A DNA stretch of 64,000 nt, from assembly GCA_951406725.2 (NCBI GenBank), contig OX597838.1, positions 26,846,001-26,910,000 of the forward strand. The letters are read 5' to 3'. Below are positions 52,022 through 64,000 of this stretch, in pieces. Every line of letters starts with the position of its first letter. Within the stretch, counting starts at the first letter, position 1. Below the pieces are notes generated by a model. That model saw nothing but the letters and a program-made list of their open reading frames with translations, had not been told where the DNA came from and made no database searches. This DNA comes from Octopus vulgaris. Taxonomy: Eukaryota. Position numbers and translations under genes: made by a program.

Positions 52022-53200
52022 ATTTCAAGTTTTGCCACTAGGGCAGCCATTTTAAGGGAAGGAATGAATCAATTACCTCGACCCCAGTGTTTCACTGGTA
52101 CTTATTTTATCGACCCCGAAAGGATGAAAGGCAAAGTCGACCTCAGCAGAATTTGAACTCAAAACATAAAGATGGATGAAACGCCACTAAGCATTTTATC
52201 CAACATACTAACAATTCTACTAATGATGATGATGATGATGATAATAATAATGTTGTCTATTTACCTTTGTGAGGCGTTATGTCAACCCTTTTAAAATAAT
52301 AATAATAATCCTTTCTATTGTAGGCAGAAGGCCTGAATTTTGTAGGGAGGGGGTTAGTCGATTACATCAGCCCCCAGTGTTCAGCTGGTACTTATTTTGT
52401 CCCGAAAGGACAAAAGGCAAAGTTGACGTCGGTGGAATTTGAACTCAGAAAGTGAAGATGGACAAAATGTCACTAAGCATTTTGCCTAGCATGCTAACAA
52501 TTCTGTCAGCTTGCCATCCTAATAATAATAATAATAATAATAATAAATGCACCCTTTTAAAGCCTAGCCAAGCTCATGGGCTCAGTTTCCCGGTTTCAAT
52601 GGCGTATGTGTTCCCCAGCTGGACGGAATGCCAGTCCATCGCAGCGTTACTCATTTTTGCCAGCTGAGTAGACTGGAGCAACGTGAAATGAAATGTTTTG
52701 CTCAAGAACACACGCGTTGCCCAGTCCAGGAATCGAAACCACAATCTTACAATCACGATGCTGCCACCCTAACCACTAAGCCATGCGCCTCCACAATAAT
52801 AATAATAATAATAATGATAATAATCTTTTCTACTAATGGCACAAGGCCTGAAACTTAGGGGGAAGGGACTAGTCACTGAAAGGCAAAGTCGACCTTGGCA
52901 GATTTTGAACTCAGAATGTAACGACAGGTGAAATACCACTAAGCATTTTGCCTAGCATGCTAATGATTCTGTCAGCTCACTGCCTTACCTTCCTATTATA
53001 GGCACAAGCCCTGAAATTTTGAGGGCAGGGGCTAGTCAATCACACCAACTCCAGTACTCAACTGGTACTTATTTCATCAACCCTGAAAGAATGAAAGGTT
53101 AAGTTAACCTTAAGTGGATTTGAACTCAGAACCTACAATGAAATAGCAAAATAGTGCAATCCATTTCGTCTGTAAATCTATGAAATTTCTGCCAATTCAT
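52022..53200 (-). mobile_element. Cluster of same-strand SINE B copies and one C/D chimera (52549-52793) in (AAT)n
   Basis: Repeated GGCACAAGGCCTGAAA...GAAAGGCAAAGT...GAACTCAGAA blocks. Confidence 0.85.
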
Positions 53201-53947
53201 CACAAGTTGTTAACCAAATATTGATTCTAGCAATCAAGCAACTCACAGACATTGCAAGCGTTCTCATTGCTAAGCATTGTTTGAAGCTGACTGGTCAATA
53301 GATCAATGCTGTGACTAATAAATACTGCAGTATTGGTCAGTGTTCGACAATCATAGGCTGAAGAGGGGTAACTATGTCAAGGAGGTGACCATTGGTACTG
53401 CAATGGGGGTCCCACGATCACCAAATACCCAGAGACAAGACTGGATGGTGATCAAACTCCCATGTATGACAGGTTGCAGACAATTTTGAACAGATCATGG
53501 AGAAAGGATTCGACCAAATGTTCTTTCAATTGCTAATGTCAGTAGGGAAAGAAAGAAAGGGAGACAAGGGGAAGAAAGGAAGGGAGATAGAGGGAGATAC
53601 AGAAGTAGAGACAGAGAGAGGGAAGCAGAGAAGAGGAGCAAGAGGAGAGAGAGAGAAAGAGATAGAAGCAGAGATAGGTGAAAACATATGGAAAACAGAG
53701 ATAGGTGGGGAGAAGGAGCAGTGGAAAGAAGGAGAGAAAGGAAAGAAGAGCAAAGAGAGGGAAACAGAGGAGAAAGAACAAGGGGTAAGAGGAAGAAAAA
53801 GATGGGGAGAAGGGGAGAGAGAGGAAAGAAGATGGAGAGAAGACAGAAAGAGGAGAAAGACAGGGAGGACAAGAGAGGGAGAAGGAGGAGAAGAGAGAAA
53901 ATGATAAAAGCAAAGGAGGAGAGACAGAGGGAGGGAAATGGATGCAT

Positions 53948-54090
53948 GCATTTATGTAGGGCATTGCTGGAGGGCTAAGAAAGAACTCGCTAATGATATG
54001 ACCCTATGGATGCCCCAACAGAGACATAGATGGGTCAGCTGTCCAGCAAAAGCTTTCATTGGCCAGCTCTTTAATGAAAAGGGGCTGTTT
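53948..54090 (+). mobile_element. RTE-clade LINE ORF relic
   Basis: GHCWRAKKELANDMTLWMPQQRHRWVSCPAKAFIGQL resembles the RTE GHC.R...LLW.P.HG.R..GRP..TYIDQL region. Confidence 0.65.
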
Positions 54091-54513
54091 TCCTGCTGAC
54101 CTCCTGGTGGCATATTAAGCCTTCCACCAAAAACCAATGGAACCAGATGTCTGGTTCCGCTGAATGGTTTGCAACACAGTGAAATTCTAATAAAAGGTAC
54201 CCTGGACCAGGAATGAACTTGGCAGTATTTGAACAAGTAAAAGAGCAAATAATACTGCTAAGCATTACGCCTGGTGTGCTAACAATTCTGTTAGCTAATT
54301 GCCTTTGATTTCAAATTTTGGCACAAGGCTTGAATTTCAAGGGTGGGGTTAAATGAATTAGATCAACCCCAATGCTCAACTGGTGCTTATTTTATTGACC
54401 CCTAAAAGGATGAAAGACAAAGTTTGATTGCAGCTAGATTTGAACTCAGAACATAAAAGACCAAAGACAGACAAACTACCACTTCTGCCATCTCTCTGCC
54501 CATAATAATAATA

Positions 54514-54881
54514 CTAACAAGAACACTCAGAGAGCACAAATCTCTGCCAAGGCAACACCAATGTCCTCTCAATGATTAACCAGAGATGATTTTGTAAAAT
54601 GAGAATATCTGAAATAAACTTGACTGCTCTCACAAAAGAGAAAACTAAAAATGAACTCAACTGCTCTCAAAAATTAAGTAAAAAAAAAAAAACCGAAAAA
54701 TAATCTAGAATCTATAGGTGCAGGAGTGGGTGTGTGGTAAGTAGCTTGCTAACCAGCCACATGGTTTTGAGTTCAGTCCCACTGCGTGGCATCTTAAGCA
54801 AGTGTCTTCTACTATAGCCTCAGGCCGACCAAAGCCTTGTGAGTGGATTTGGTAGACGGAAACTGAAAGAAGCCTGTCGTA

Positions 54882-54928
<47 letters not shown>

Positions 54929-55310
54929 ATATGTTTGTGTGTCTGTGTTTGTCCCTCTAGCATTGCTTGACAACCGATGCTGGTGTGTTTACGTCCCCAT
55001 CACTTAGCGGTTTAGCAAAAGAGACCGATAGAATAAGTACTGGGCTTACAAAGAATAAGTCCCGGGGTTGATTTGCTCGACTAAAGGCGGTGCTCTAGCA
55101 TGGTCGCAGTCAAATGACTGAAACAAGTAAAAGAGTAATCCTTGTCTGGTACTGGATTGATCCCAAAATCTAATCAGTTTGTGCCAGTCAGTAGGACAAA
55201 CATCCCTGAAAGTTTCATCCAAATCCGTCCAGTGGTTCTTGAGACATCTTGTCCATGGACAAACAAACATGACTGAAAACAATACCTTCGCTTTAGTGAA
55301 GGTGGAGGTA
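54514..55310 (+). mobile_element. Helentron-associated (HINE/DINE-1-like) element split by a full SINE A (54716-55137)
   Basis: 5' TAACAAGA(G/A)CACTC..CTCTGCCAAGG, 3' stem-loop ACCTTCGCTTTAGTGAAGGTGGAGGT; paralogs at 59162-59380, 59566-59750, 35328-35435. Confidence 0.6.
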
Positions 55311-56036
55311 ATAACAATAAAAATGATAATAATAATCCTTTCTACTATATGCACAAGGCCAGCAATTTCGAAGGAGGAGGCAAGTCAACATTCTAGCCAA
55401 TGGAAGGAACTGAGAGGTGTGATTAAAATACTTAGAGAAGAAAAGAATCTCTCCACAGCCACTTCAGGACCAGGTTTTTATTCAGCCCTCACCAAATAGG
55501 CCTTCAACCATACGTATAACAGCCATGGCCATCCTTTCTTTTTGCTTATCATGGACTTTTGTATTGTCAGTCTACGGAGTTCCTGATAAGATGTACTTAA
55601 TGGAATTTGGTTGTTGTTTCTAGCAGGCCAAACGACCATGTGATTTTCTCATTAGTACATCTTGATCAAGATGATGATAATCTTAAACCCTAGCTGGACT
55701 GTACACTTAATCCCCATCACCAGATGCTGGCACTTGAATTTACAAGTTTAATAAAACCTTAAAGAGCATAAAATAACATCTGGATATCTCTTAAAACAAA
55801 CATGTATCAAGAAGCACGAAGTTAAAACTGAACTGGTTAACCATTTCTCAAATGTCTATGTTAACCAGCTGACTGACTGACTAACCGACTGATTGACCAA
55901 CCAGCCGACAGACTGACCGACCAACCATCCGACTGACTGACCAACCAACCGACTGATAACATGATTTGATTAACTGAATTAATATTAGGTTAATGAATGA
56001 GCTCAAGTGTACTTTTAGCAAAGCATTAAAACTTAA

Positions 56037-56302
56037 AACGGCAAAAAACAGACCACTCTGGAAAACCACCATCCATGAGGGAACGGCGAACTTCGAGTCG
56101 AAAAGGTCTGCAGAGCCGGAGGAGAAAAGACAACGACGGAAGGAGCGCCAACAACAACCACGTGCGACTCTCCCTTCCGGCACTAGATGTCCGCACTGTG
56201 ACTGATCTTTTCAAGCAAGAATTGGTCTTATCAGTCACCTGCGGACTCACCAATAAATTTGCGCGATGACCATCATCCTCGACCTTGAGGGATTGCCATA
56301 GC
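56037..56302 (+). mobile_element. RTE-clade LINE 3' end with C-terminal C2H2 finger
   Basis: AKNRPLWKTTIHEGTANFESKR...EEKRQRRKER...CPHCD*SFQARIGLISHLRTHQ*, short 3' UTR. Confidence 0.88.
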
Positions 56303-56563
56303 TAAAACTTAATAGCAATTAATTTTGGCACAAACTAACCACATGGTTCTGGGTTCAATCCCACTGCATGGCACCTTGGGCAAGTGTTTTGTACTATAGC
56401 CTCGGACTGACCAAAGCTTTGTGAATAGATTTGATAGGCAGAAACTGATGTGTGTGTGTGTGCATGCGTGTGTGTGCATGTGTGCATGCCTTGTAAGTGA
56501 AATGGCATATTTTTTCAAGATTGGCAATTTGCTTTGAGATATATATATATATATATATATATA

Positions 56564-56955
56564 CTAGCAGTATTGCCCTGCATTGCTTGGGTTTGTTTTG
56601 ACCCTTCAGAATTGGAATTTTTAAAAAGTAAAAAATTTGCATTATGTAGCTTGTTATTCTCTTTAAGTGAACATTTTTCTGGTTGAAATACACTGTAAAA
56701 TGGCAACACAGCAGTAAAAAAATCGTAAAAAATAGGGATTTTCATAGAAAAAAAGCACCTTTTTGATGTAAATAATTTTGGTGTTAACATGGTCCGATTT
56801 GAATTTTTTTTCTTCTAGGGAATGAAGAGCAAGCCTTCTTCTATCATACTCTTAATTTTGGTCAACTTGCGCCACAGGGTCTCGGAGGAGATAGTGTTAG
56901 TTGAAGGTTACCAAACCTGCCATACACAGACAATTTTAGCTTTATATATATAGCG
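56564..56955 (-). mobile_element. Non-autonomous Helitron (paralog of 34096-34463)
   Basis: CTAG terminus with an adjacent GC-rich hairpin remnant; (TA)n-rich 5' end. Confidence 0.8.
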
Positions 56956-56972
56956 ATATACACATGCACACA

Positions 56973-57005
<33 letters not shown>

Positions 57006-57037
57006 TCTTTTAATATATATATATTCTTTTAATATGT

Positions 57038-57378
57038 GAAGGTGCGTGGCTCAGTGGTTAGAGCGTCGAGCTTACGATCGTGAGGTTGTGAGCTCAAATC
57101 CCGGACTGGGCTGCGTGTTGTGTTCTTGAGCAAGACACTTTATTTCACGTTGCTCCAGTTCACTCAGCTGTAGAAATGAGTTGCAACGTCATAGGTGCCA
57201 AGCTGTATCGGCCCCTTTGCCTTTCCCTTGGACAACATCGGTGACGTGGAGAGGGGAGGTCGGTATGCATGGGCAACTGCTGGTCTTCCATAAAAAACAA
57301 CCTTGCCCAGACTTGTGCCTCAGAGGGTAACTCTCTGGGTGCAAACCCATGGTCAGTGTCTGACCGAAAGGGGGTCAC
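57038..57378 (+). mobile_element. SINE family C, full length
   Basis: A/B boxes; ATATTCTTTTAA occurs on both sides. Confidence 0.88.
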
Positions 57379-60339
57379 CATATTCTTTTAAGATAGGCTA
57401 CGTGATTATTATAATATACACACATAATAGACATTAGTTGTAGTTTTGTACTTTTATAAGCAAAAGCCATTGGGATATTTCTATAATACCGAAAACCACA
57501 ATCTCATAGCAACGTGTAGAGTCTTATATGTGGGAGTTTTATAGTCGTACATTAGTAACTATATCAACGCAGTAAGTATCCATGTAGATAGCAATCTAAG
57601 TTAATGCCAGCGAGTGATCCTCCTTCAGCAAAGAATCTAATTTCATTGAGGATTGGTTACAAATATTCCTTAAGATTATTAATATTTATACTGAATGCGA
57701 TGTGAAAACGGGATATGGATGGAGGTGAGACTGCGGTTGCTGCAGTATAAATACATACACAGTTTTACTAATAAACACATACATACTCACAATATATATA
57801 TATATATATATATCATCATCATCATTTAGCATCATCATCATATATATATATATATATACACACACACAGGCACACACACGTGTATACTTTCACATACAAA
57901 CAAATTCACGTGCATTCATATACATACACATACCTGTGTTCTTATACATATACTTATAGACATACACAATTTTATATGTATGTATATATATATGTATGTA
58001 TAGGCATACTCATATTCATTCATGTGCATACATACAACATACATGCACATATACATATACACACACATATACACAGACACACACATATACACACACACAC
58101 ACACACATACATACATACAAACTCACAGATAGGCATAGACTTACACATACACAATCTTGTAGACACACATATGCATGTCCATAGATACTCATACTTACTT
58201 GCAAACATAAACATGCTAACACACATACACTCACACAATTACTAACACACACAAACACTAACACACATACACTCACACAATTACTAACACACACACAAAC
58301 ACTAACATACACACACCATTTAGCTATATCTTCTTTAAAAAGGATTAATTTCCCTTATTAAAAAATACGATGAAAACACCAAAAGATAAAACTATTCTGG
58401 AAGTCTCCAAGAGAAACCACTGCCAGAAGAAAGATGGTATTATCTGCAAAGTAACCAAACTAAGAACTGAGGATTTGGAAATAAGAAACCCACAGGGAAG
58501 ATGCTTATCATGTCGACAGGGTGTGGAGGTGGTGGGTTTAGAGATGGAATAATAATAATAATAATAATGACAATAATAATAATTATGATGATGATAATAA
58601 TAATAATAATAATAATAATCCTTTCTGCTATAGGCGCAAGGTCTGAAATTTTGGTGAAAGGGGCTAGGTGATTACATTGATCCCCAGCACATAACTGGTA
58701 CTTATTTCATCAACCCCAAAAGGATGAAGAGGAAAGTCGACCTTCAGGGAGTTTGAACTCAGAATGTAAGGACAGATGAAAATGTCATTAAACACTTGGC
58801 CAAACGTGCTAATGGTTCTACCAGCTCACTGCCTTAAGAAGAACAACCATAATTTCTTTTATTTGCCACAGGGGCATTGGATGAGGAAGCCAATATAAGA
58901 ACAGTTTACAATTTGTGTAGGGGTTTACTGAATAATAATAATAATAATGATTTCAAATTTTGGTACACGACCAGTAGTATCAAGAGAGGGAGTAAGTTGA
59001 TTATATCAACCCTAATACTCAACTGGTACTTATGTTATAGATACTGAAAGGATGAAAGGCAAAGTTGACCTTGGGAGAATTTGACTGAAATCCTTTCAGG
59101 TGGTGTACCAGCATGGCCTCAGCCAAATGACTGAAATGGGTGTAAAAGAGAAAAAAACTACTAACAAGAGCACTCTGAGAGCACAAATCTCTGCTAAGGC
59201 AACGCCAACGTCCTCTCAACGATTAGCCAGAGATGATTTTTAAAATGAGAATATCTGAAATAAAATTGACTACTCTCACAAACGAGAATACTAAAAATGA
59301 ACCTGACCGCTCTCAAAAATTAAGTAAAAAAAAACAGGAAAAATAATCCAGAATCCTTGTCCGGTACCTGATCGATCCCAATGGTAGTGATGGAATGTGA
59401 AGGTGGCTGTAGAACATTTAGTAATAGTAATAAGTAGTTTATGCTTATCTAATACAAGCCAAAGTTAACAAATTCTGCATTCAAAATAGTTACAGCCTAA
59501 AGGGAGATAATTGAGAAAGACTTGAAAGTTAACATAAGATCATAATCATGTAAAGTAAATATAAACAAATAATCCAGAATCCTTGTCCAGTACCAGATTG
59601 ATCTCAAAATCTAATCAGTTTGAGCTATTCACAAGACCAAACAACCCCAAAAGTTTTATCCAAATCCATCCAGCAGTTCCGGAGATATGTTGTCCATGGA
59701 CAAACAAACAACTGTAAACAAGACCTCTACTTTTGCTAAGGCGGAGGTAATAATAATAAATACATTGGCAATTTTATTGCAGATAAATCACTTTTTTTTT
59801 TTATATCAGTGTCTTTTTTCTCTTCTAGAAGATAGGAAAAAGAAGGGGGGGGGCGAGAAGCGGAGGGGGGGTAGGATGAGGAAAAGGAAGAGAGATGGAT
59901 ATCGTTAAGGTGAGGAAGAGGGACTCCCCCCCCCCCAGAATGGTGAGGATGGGAGGGAAGCAGATGAGGAATAAAGAGAAGCGAAGGTGGAAGAAGAAAG
60001 TGAGAAAGAGGGAAGAAAGCAAGAGAGGAGAGGAAGAGGGTCAAGAGAATGAGAGGAGGAGGGTGGTGGTGACCGGGTGGGGACAGGAATAGGAGGATGG
60101 TGAGAAAGAGAGCAGCTCGTGGGCATAAGTGGGTGGGGGTGTTCTGGTGGGACTTATCTGTCTCTACATATGATATGTAATATAGGATATGATATGGTGA
60201 TACGTTGATATGGCCAATGACTGACAGACAGGAAATACAGGACAGATAACCAACAACAAGAACCACCCCAAAGATTATCTTTATCAGAAACTAGAACAGA
60301 GCTTAGGAGGGTTCCTGCTCTATACTCACTCTTTCTCTC

Positions 60340-60547
60340 TATATATATACATACATGTATGTGTATATATATACATACATGTATGTGTATATATATACAT
60401 ACATGTATGTGTATATATACACATACATGTGTATATATATATATACATACATGTATGTGTATATATACACATACATGTGTATATATATATACATACATGT
60501 ATGTGTATATATATACATACATGTATGTTTATATATACATACATGTA

Positions 60548-60595
<48 letters not shown>

Positions 60596-60600
60596 CATAC
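60340..60600. repeat. ~22-24-bp self-complementary minisatellite (TATATACATACATGTATGTGTA)
   Basis: About 9 units of alternating purine/pyrimidine centred on ACATGT. Confidence 0.85.
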
Positions 60601-61392
60601 ACACACACACAGACACACACTACTCTGATTAAAACAGCTTGTGAATAAGATACATAAATCAATTTTCTACTTTATATACATACATATATGTATGTATATA
60701 CATACATACATACATACATACATACATACATACACGCACTTAAATCTACACAACCCAGTTAACCAACATGATATTTATACAGCAACATGACATTAATGAG
60801 ACAAGACATTATTAGAAGCAACAATTTTTGAAACAGACAATATATATATATATATACACATGTATGTATGTATATATAATGGGAACAGAGTTAACATCGC
60901 GGTTCCTCGGACCCTTTTATCAGTCTATCTATGCTTTTTCCTTTCCTATTTTTGCTTTTTTTTTTTTATAATTTGTATGATCTTAAATGAAGAACAGCAG
61001 CAAAAATTATGCTTTTGTAGGGTTTCCAAGAATAGTGTGTGTGTGTGAGAGGGAGAGAGAGAGAGAGTTAAAATAAGCAAAGGAATGGCTATCAATGGTT
61101 CATAACCAGGCTCTAAACGGCCCTTCGGGCTCCATGTAGAAGCAATGAATTTTAACAACAAAATCAACATCCCTTGACAACCGATGCTGGTGTGTTTACA
61201 TCCCCGTAACTTAGCAGTTCGGCAAAAGAGACCGATAGAATAAGTACTATGCTTACAAAGAAAAAGTCCTGGGGTTGATTTGCTCAACTAAAAAAGGTGG
61301 TGCTCCAGCATGACCACGGTCAAATGACTGAAACAAGTAAAAGAGTAAAGAGTAAGGCTAGTAATTTTGAGGGGAGGGGGCAGTTGATTATG

Positions 61393-61687
61393 ACAAAGGG
61401 TCCCAGTTGATCCAATCAAAGGAATAACAGTCTACTCATGAAATTAAGGTGCAACTGGTTGAATACTCCACAGATATACATACCCTTAACATATTTCTTA
61501 CGGAGATCCAGTGTGTGACAAGGCTGGCCCTTTGACTTAAAGGTAGAACTCACCTTTGCCAGCTGAGTGGACTGGAGCAACGTAAAATAAAATGTCTTGT
61601 TCAAGAACCCCACACACCACCAGGAATTGAGCTTACGACCTTATGATCACGAGCTGAATATATCAACCAGTAAGCCACACGCTTTCA
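61393..61687 (-). mobile_element. Family C head with a third type of 3' module
   Basis: CAGCTGAGTGGACTGGAGCAACG...CAAGAAC core joined to an unrelated GACAAGGCTGGCCCTTTGA segment. Confidence 0.65.
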
Positions 61688-62542
61688 CTCAAATACCAGT
61701 GGTTAACTGGTGCTTATATTTATCGACCGCAAAAGCTGAAAGGCAAAGTTGACCTGGGTAGGATTTGAACACAGAAGAAATGATGCAAATCATTTGGGCC
61801 AATGTGCTAACGATTTTAGCAGCTCGTTGCTTTCTTAATTCCTTACAGTAGTCGGTAAACGATGAAAGATCAATTTGTCGGCATTGGCAAGGAAAAGTCA
61901 CATGGTTAGGCGTAAAATTATTTGAAGTTTATTTTGTATTTTTTCTTTTCAACTTTTATTTATATTTCGTTTAATTTGGTGCAGGGCGGATGGGAGGGAG
62001 TCTTCCAAAAGAATTTCATTACAAGAAGCAAGTTTCGTATTTCAAAAGGAATTAAGTAATTTTCGGTTAAATTACACATAAATTGTAGCTTTATCTAATG
62101 AACTGAGCAGGGCTCGTTATGAATTAGAAAAACTAATTGCTATTGGTTAAATGAAATTTTGTGGTTGTTTTTATAAAAATTGTGTGTTTTTGAGAAAAGA
62201 GAGAGAGAGAGAGAGAGAAAGCAAGAGTGCATATGTATGTATATAAGAATGACTGTATTAATGTATGTACATATGAATTAATGCACACATACACACAGGA
62301 ACATGTAAGTACAACTGTATATAAGAATGAATGTATACATAAGCATCCATGAATGAATATACACACATACACAAATGTGTACATATATATATGTAACCAA
62401 ATAAATCAAAGGAATATGCAAGTGCAAATGTGTATAAAATTAATGTATAATTGTATGTATAAATGAATGAATGCCCACATACATGGTATGTATATATACA
62501 AATGAATATGTAACTATGACTGTATGTATATATGTATGTCGT

Positions 62543-62927
62543 TCTTTTACTCTTTTACTTGTTTCAGTCATTTGACTGTGGCCATGCTGGAGTACCGCCT
62601 TTAGTCGAGCAAATTGACCCCAGGATTTATTCTTTGTAAGCATAGTACTTATTATCTCAGTCTCTTTTGCTGAACCACTATGTTACAGGGATGTAAAGAC
62701 ACCAGCATTGGTGATCAAGCAATGGTGGGGGGACAAACACAGACACACAAACCCATATAAACGATGGGCTTCTTTCAGTTTCCATCTACCAAATCTACCA
62801 CTCACAAGGCTTTGGTCGGCCTGAGGCTGTAGTAGAAGACACTTGCCCAAGGTGCCATGCAGTAGGACTGAACCCAGAACCATGTGGTCTGTAAGCAAGC
62901 TACTTACCACACAGCCAATCCTGCGCC
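62543..62927 (-). mobile_element. SINE family A, full length
   Basis: Homology to other A copies. Confidence 0.9.
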
Positions 62928-63453
62928 ATTATTCAGTTTATTTCAAGATTTCTAGCCAATAGAGAAAGAACCGGTTTCTAACCTAGATCCAAGGCTCCTT
63001 CATTGGAATTTCAACATCAACAACAGGGTATTTTTGTTCGTAGGTATGTATGTCTGTATGTATGTATGTATGATGTGCAGATTTGTATGTTTTATGTATC
63101 TACTCGCAGACATATAGTTGCATGTCTAGACATGCTCATATATATTTAAATGATAAACTTCTGAAAAGTTTTACAGATTTTTACAGTTCCAGTGATGGAT
63201 TGGGTCTGTAGTCTTCGAATCAGCTTTCTCCTTTCTGGTTTTGAGAAGCCTAATTTCTTAAGATTGGTATTTAGGCAGTGTTACATATCCCAGGGCTCCA
63301 ATAATTACAGGTATAAACCTGAACTTGTAACCTGGATAGAGTAACTGCAGATTTCTCTAAGTACCTAAGTTCAGCATAAGTGTTCTCTTTTTCACTGATC
63401 TCCAGCTTTATGTTAACATCCACTGGGCACCAAATTTCCACAACTGTGCACAT
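62928..63453 (-). mobile_element. R4/Dong-like (restriction-like endonuclease) non-LTR retrotransposon 3' end
   Basis: CTVVEIWCPVDVNIKLEISEKENTYAEL / RNLQLLYPGYKFRFIPVIIGALGYVT / LKKLGFSKPERRKLIRRLQTQSITGTVKICKTF* across frameshifts; 3' UTR follows. Confidence 0.8.
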
Positions 63454-64000
63454 ATGTATGTATGTGTATATGTAGGTATGTATATGCTTATTTTACATAC
63501 AGACTTGTTTTCATTCAAAGATATTGAATGTAAACAAGTCTGTAATTAAGACGAACAGATAGTCATTACATTTGACCAACAAAATTATTATATTTGCAAT
63601 CATATATAATTTTTATATATGTATACAATAATTTCATTTGCAATCATATATAATTTTTACTAAGCTGCATCCTGCATCATCATTATGAGTACATAATAGT
63701 ACATAATTTACCAGTGCATATTGTACGCAATTAATTAATAAAACAAACACTAAAACAACAAAAAAAACAATACCAATAAAAATAAATGCAAAATAACCAA
63801 CAAATAAGTTGGTTAGAAAAAAAAAAAATTTTTCCGGTAAATAATTGTTGGTTACATGAAAAACCACAGAAAATTATTTACCATTTTTATTGAATTATAT
63901 ATATATATAGATAGATAGATAGATAGATATATATGCATATATACACACACACACACACACATATAGAAACATACAGAAAGAGAGAGAGAGAGACAGAGAC

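Noticed and set aside
53365-53425. GNYVKEVTIGTAMGVPRSP resembling the Penelope RT GTAMG.P.SP motif
   Set aside because: No neighbouring RT motifs (no YVDD) in any frame I could read; may be chance
58370-58552. 60-aa ORF MKTPKDKTILEV...
   Set aside because: No recognisable domain or splice context; length expected by chance

Overview
Repeat-saturated, AT-rich eukaryotic non-coding DNA (intergenic or large intron). The SINE families, microsatellite load and LINE relics suggest an octopod cephalopod (Octopus sp.); this is an inference. I found no intact protein-coding gene, exon chain, rRNA or true tRNA gene, and nearly all listed ORFs are microsatellite or SINE artefacts. The window holds at least five tRNA-headed or modular SINE families (labelled A-E here), 5'-truncated LINE relics (Tx1/L1, RTE, R4/Dong-like RLE), hAT-like and piggyBac-like MITEs, non-autonomous Helitron/Helentron-like elements, and many microsatellites. 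Highlights: (1) a tRNA-headed SINE-like element carrying a Penelope-type minimal hammerhead ribozyme (41855-42111, minus), plus a second decayed hammerhead at 24785-24881; (2) TSD-flanked head-to-tail concatemers of a Meta-type SINE that always join at the same self-complementary GAAATA-CC-TATTTC junction, with a snap-back inversion at the same point in another copy; (3) a 3' tail shared between that SINE and a Tx1-like LINE; (4) an 18 x 107-bp array born from the LINE's CCHC zinc-knuckle region; (5) a near-perfect ~275-bp fold-back palindrome. Coordinates were counted by hand and may be off by a few bases.
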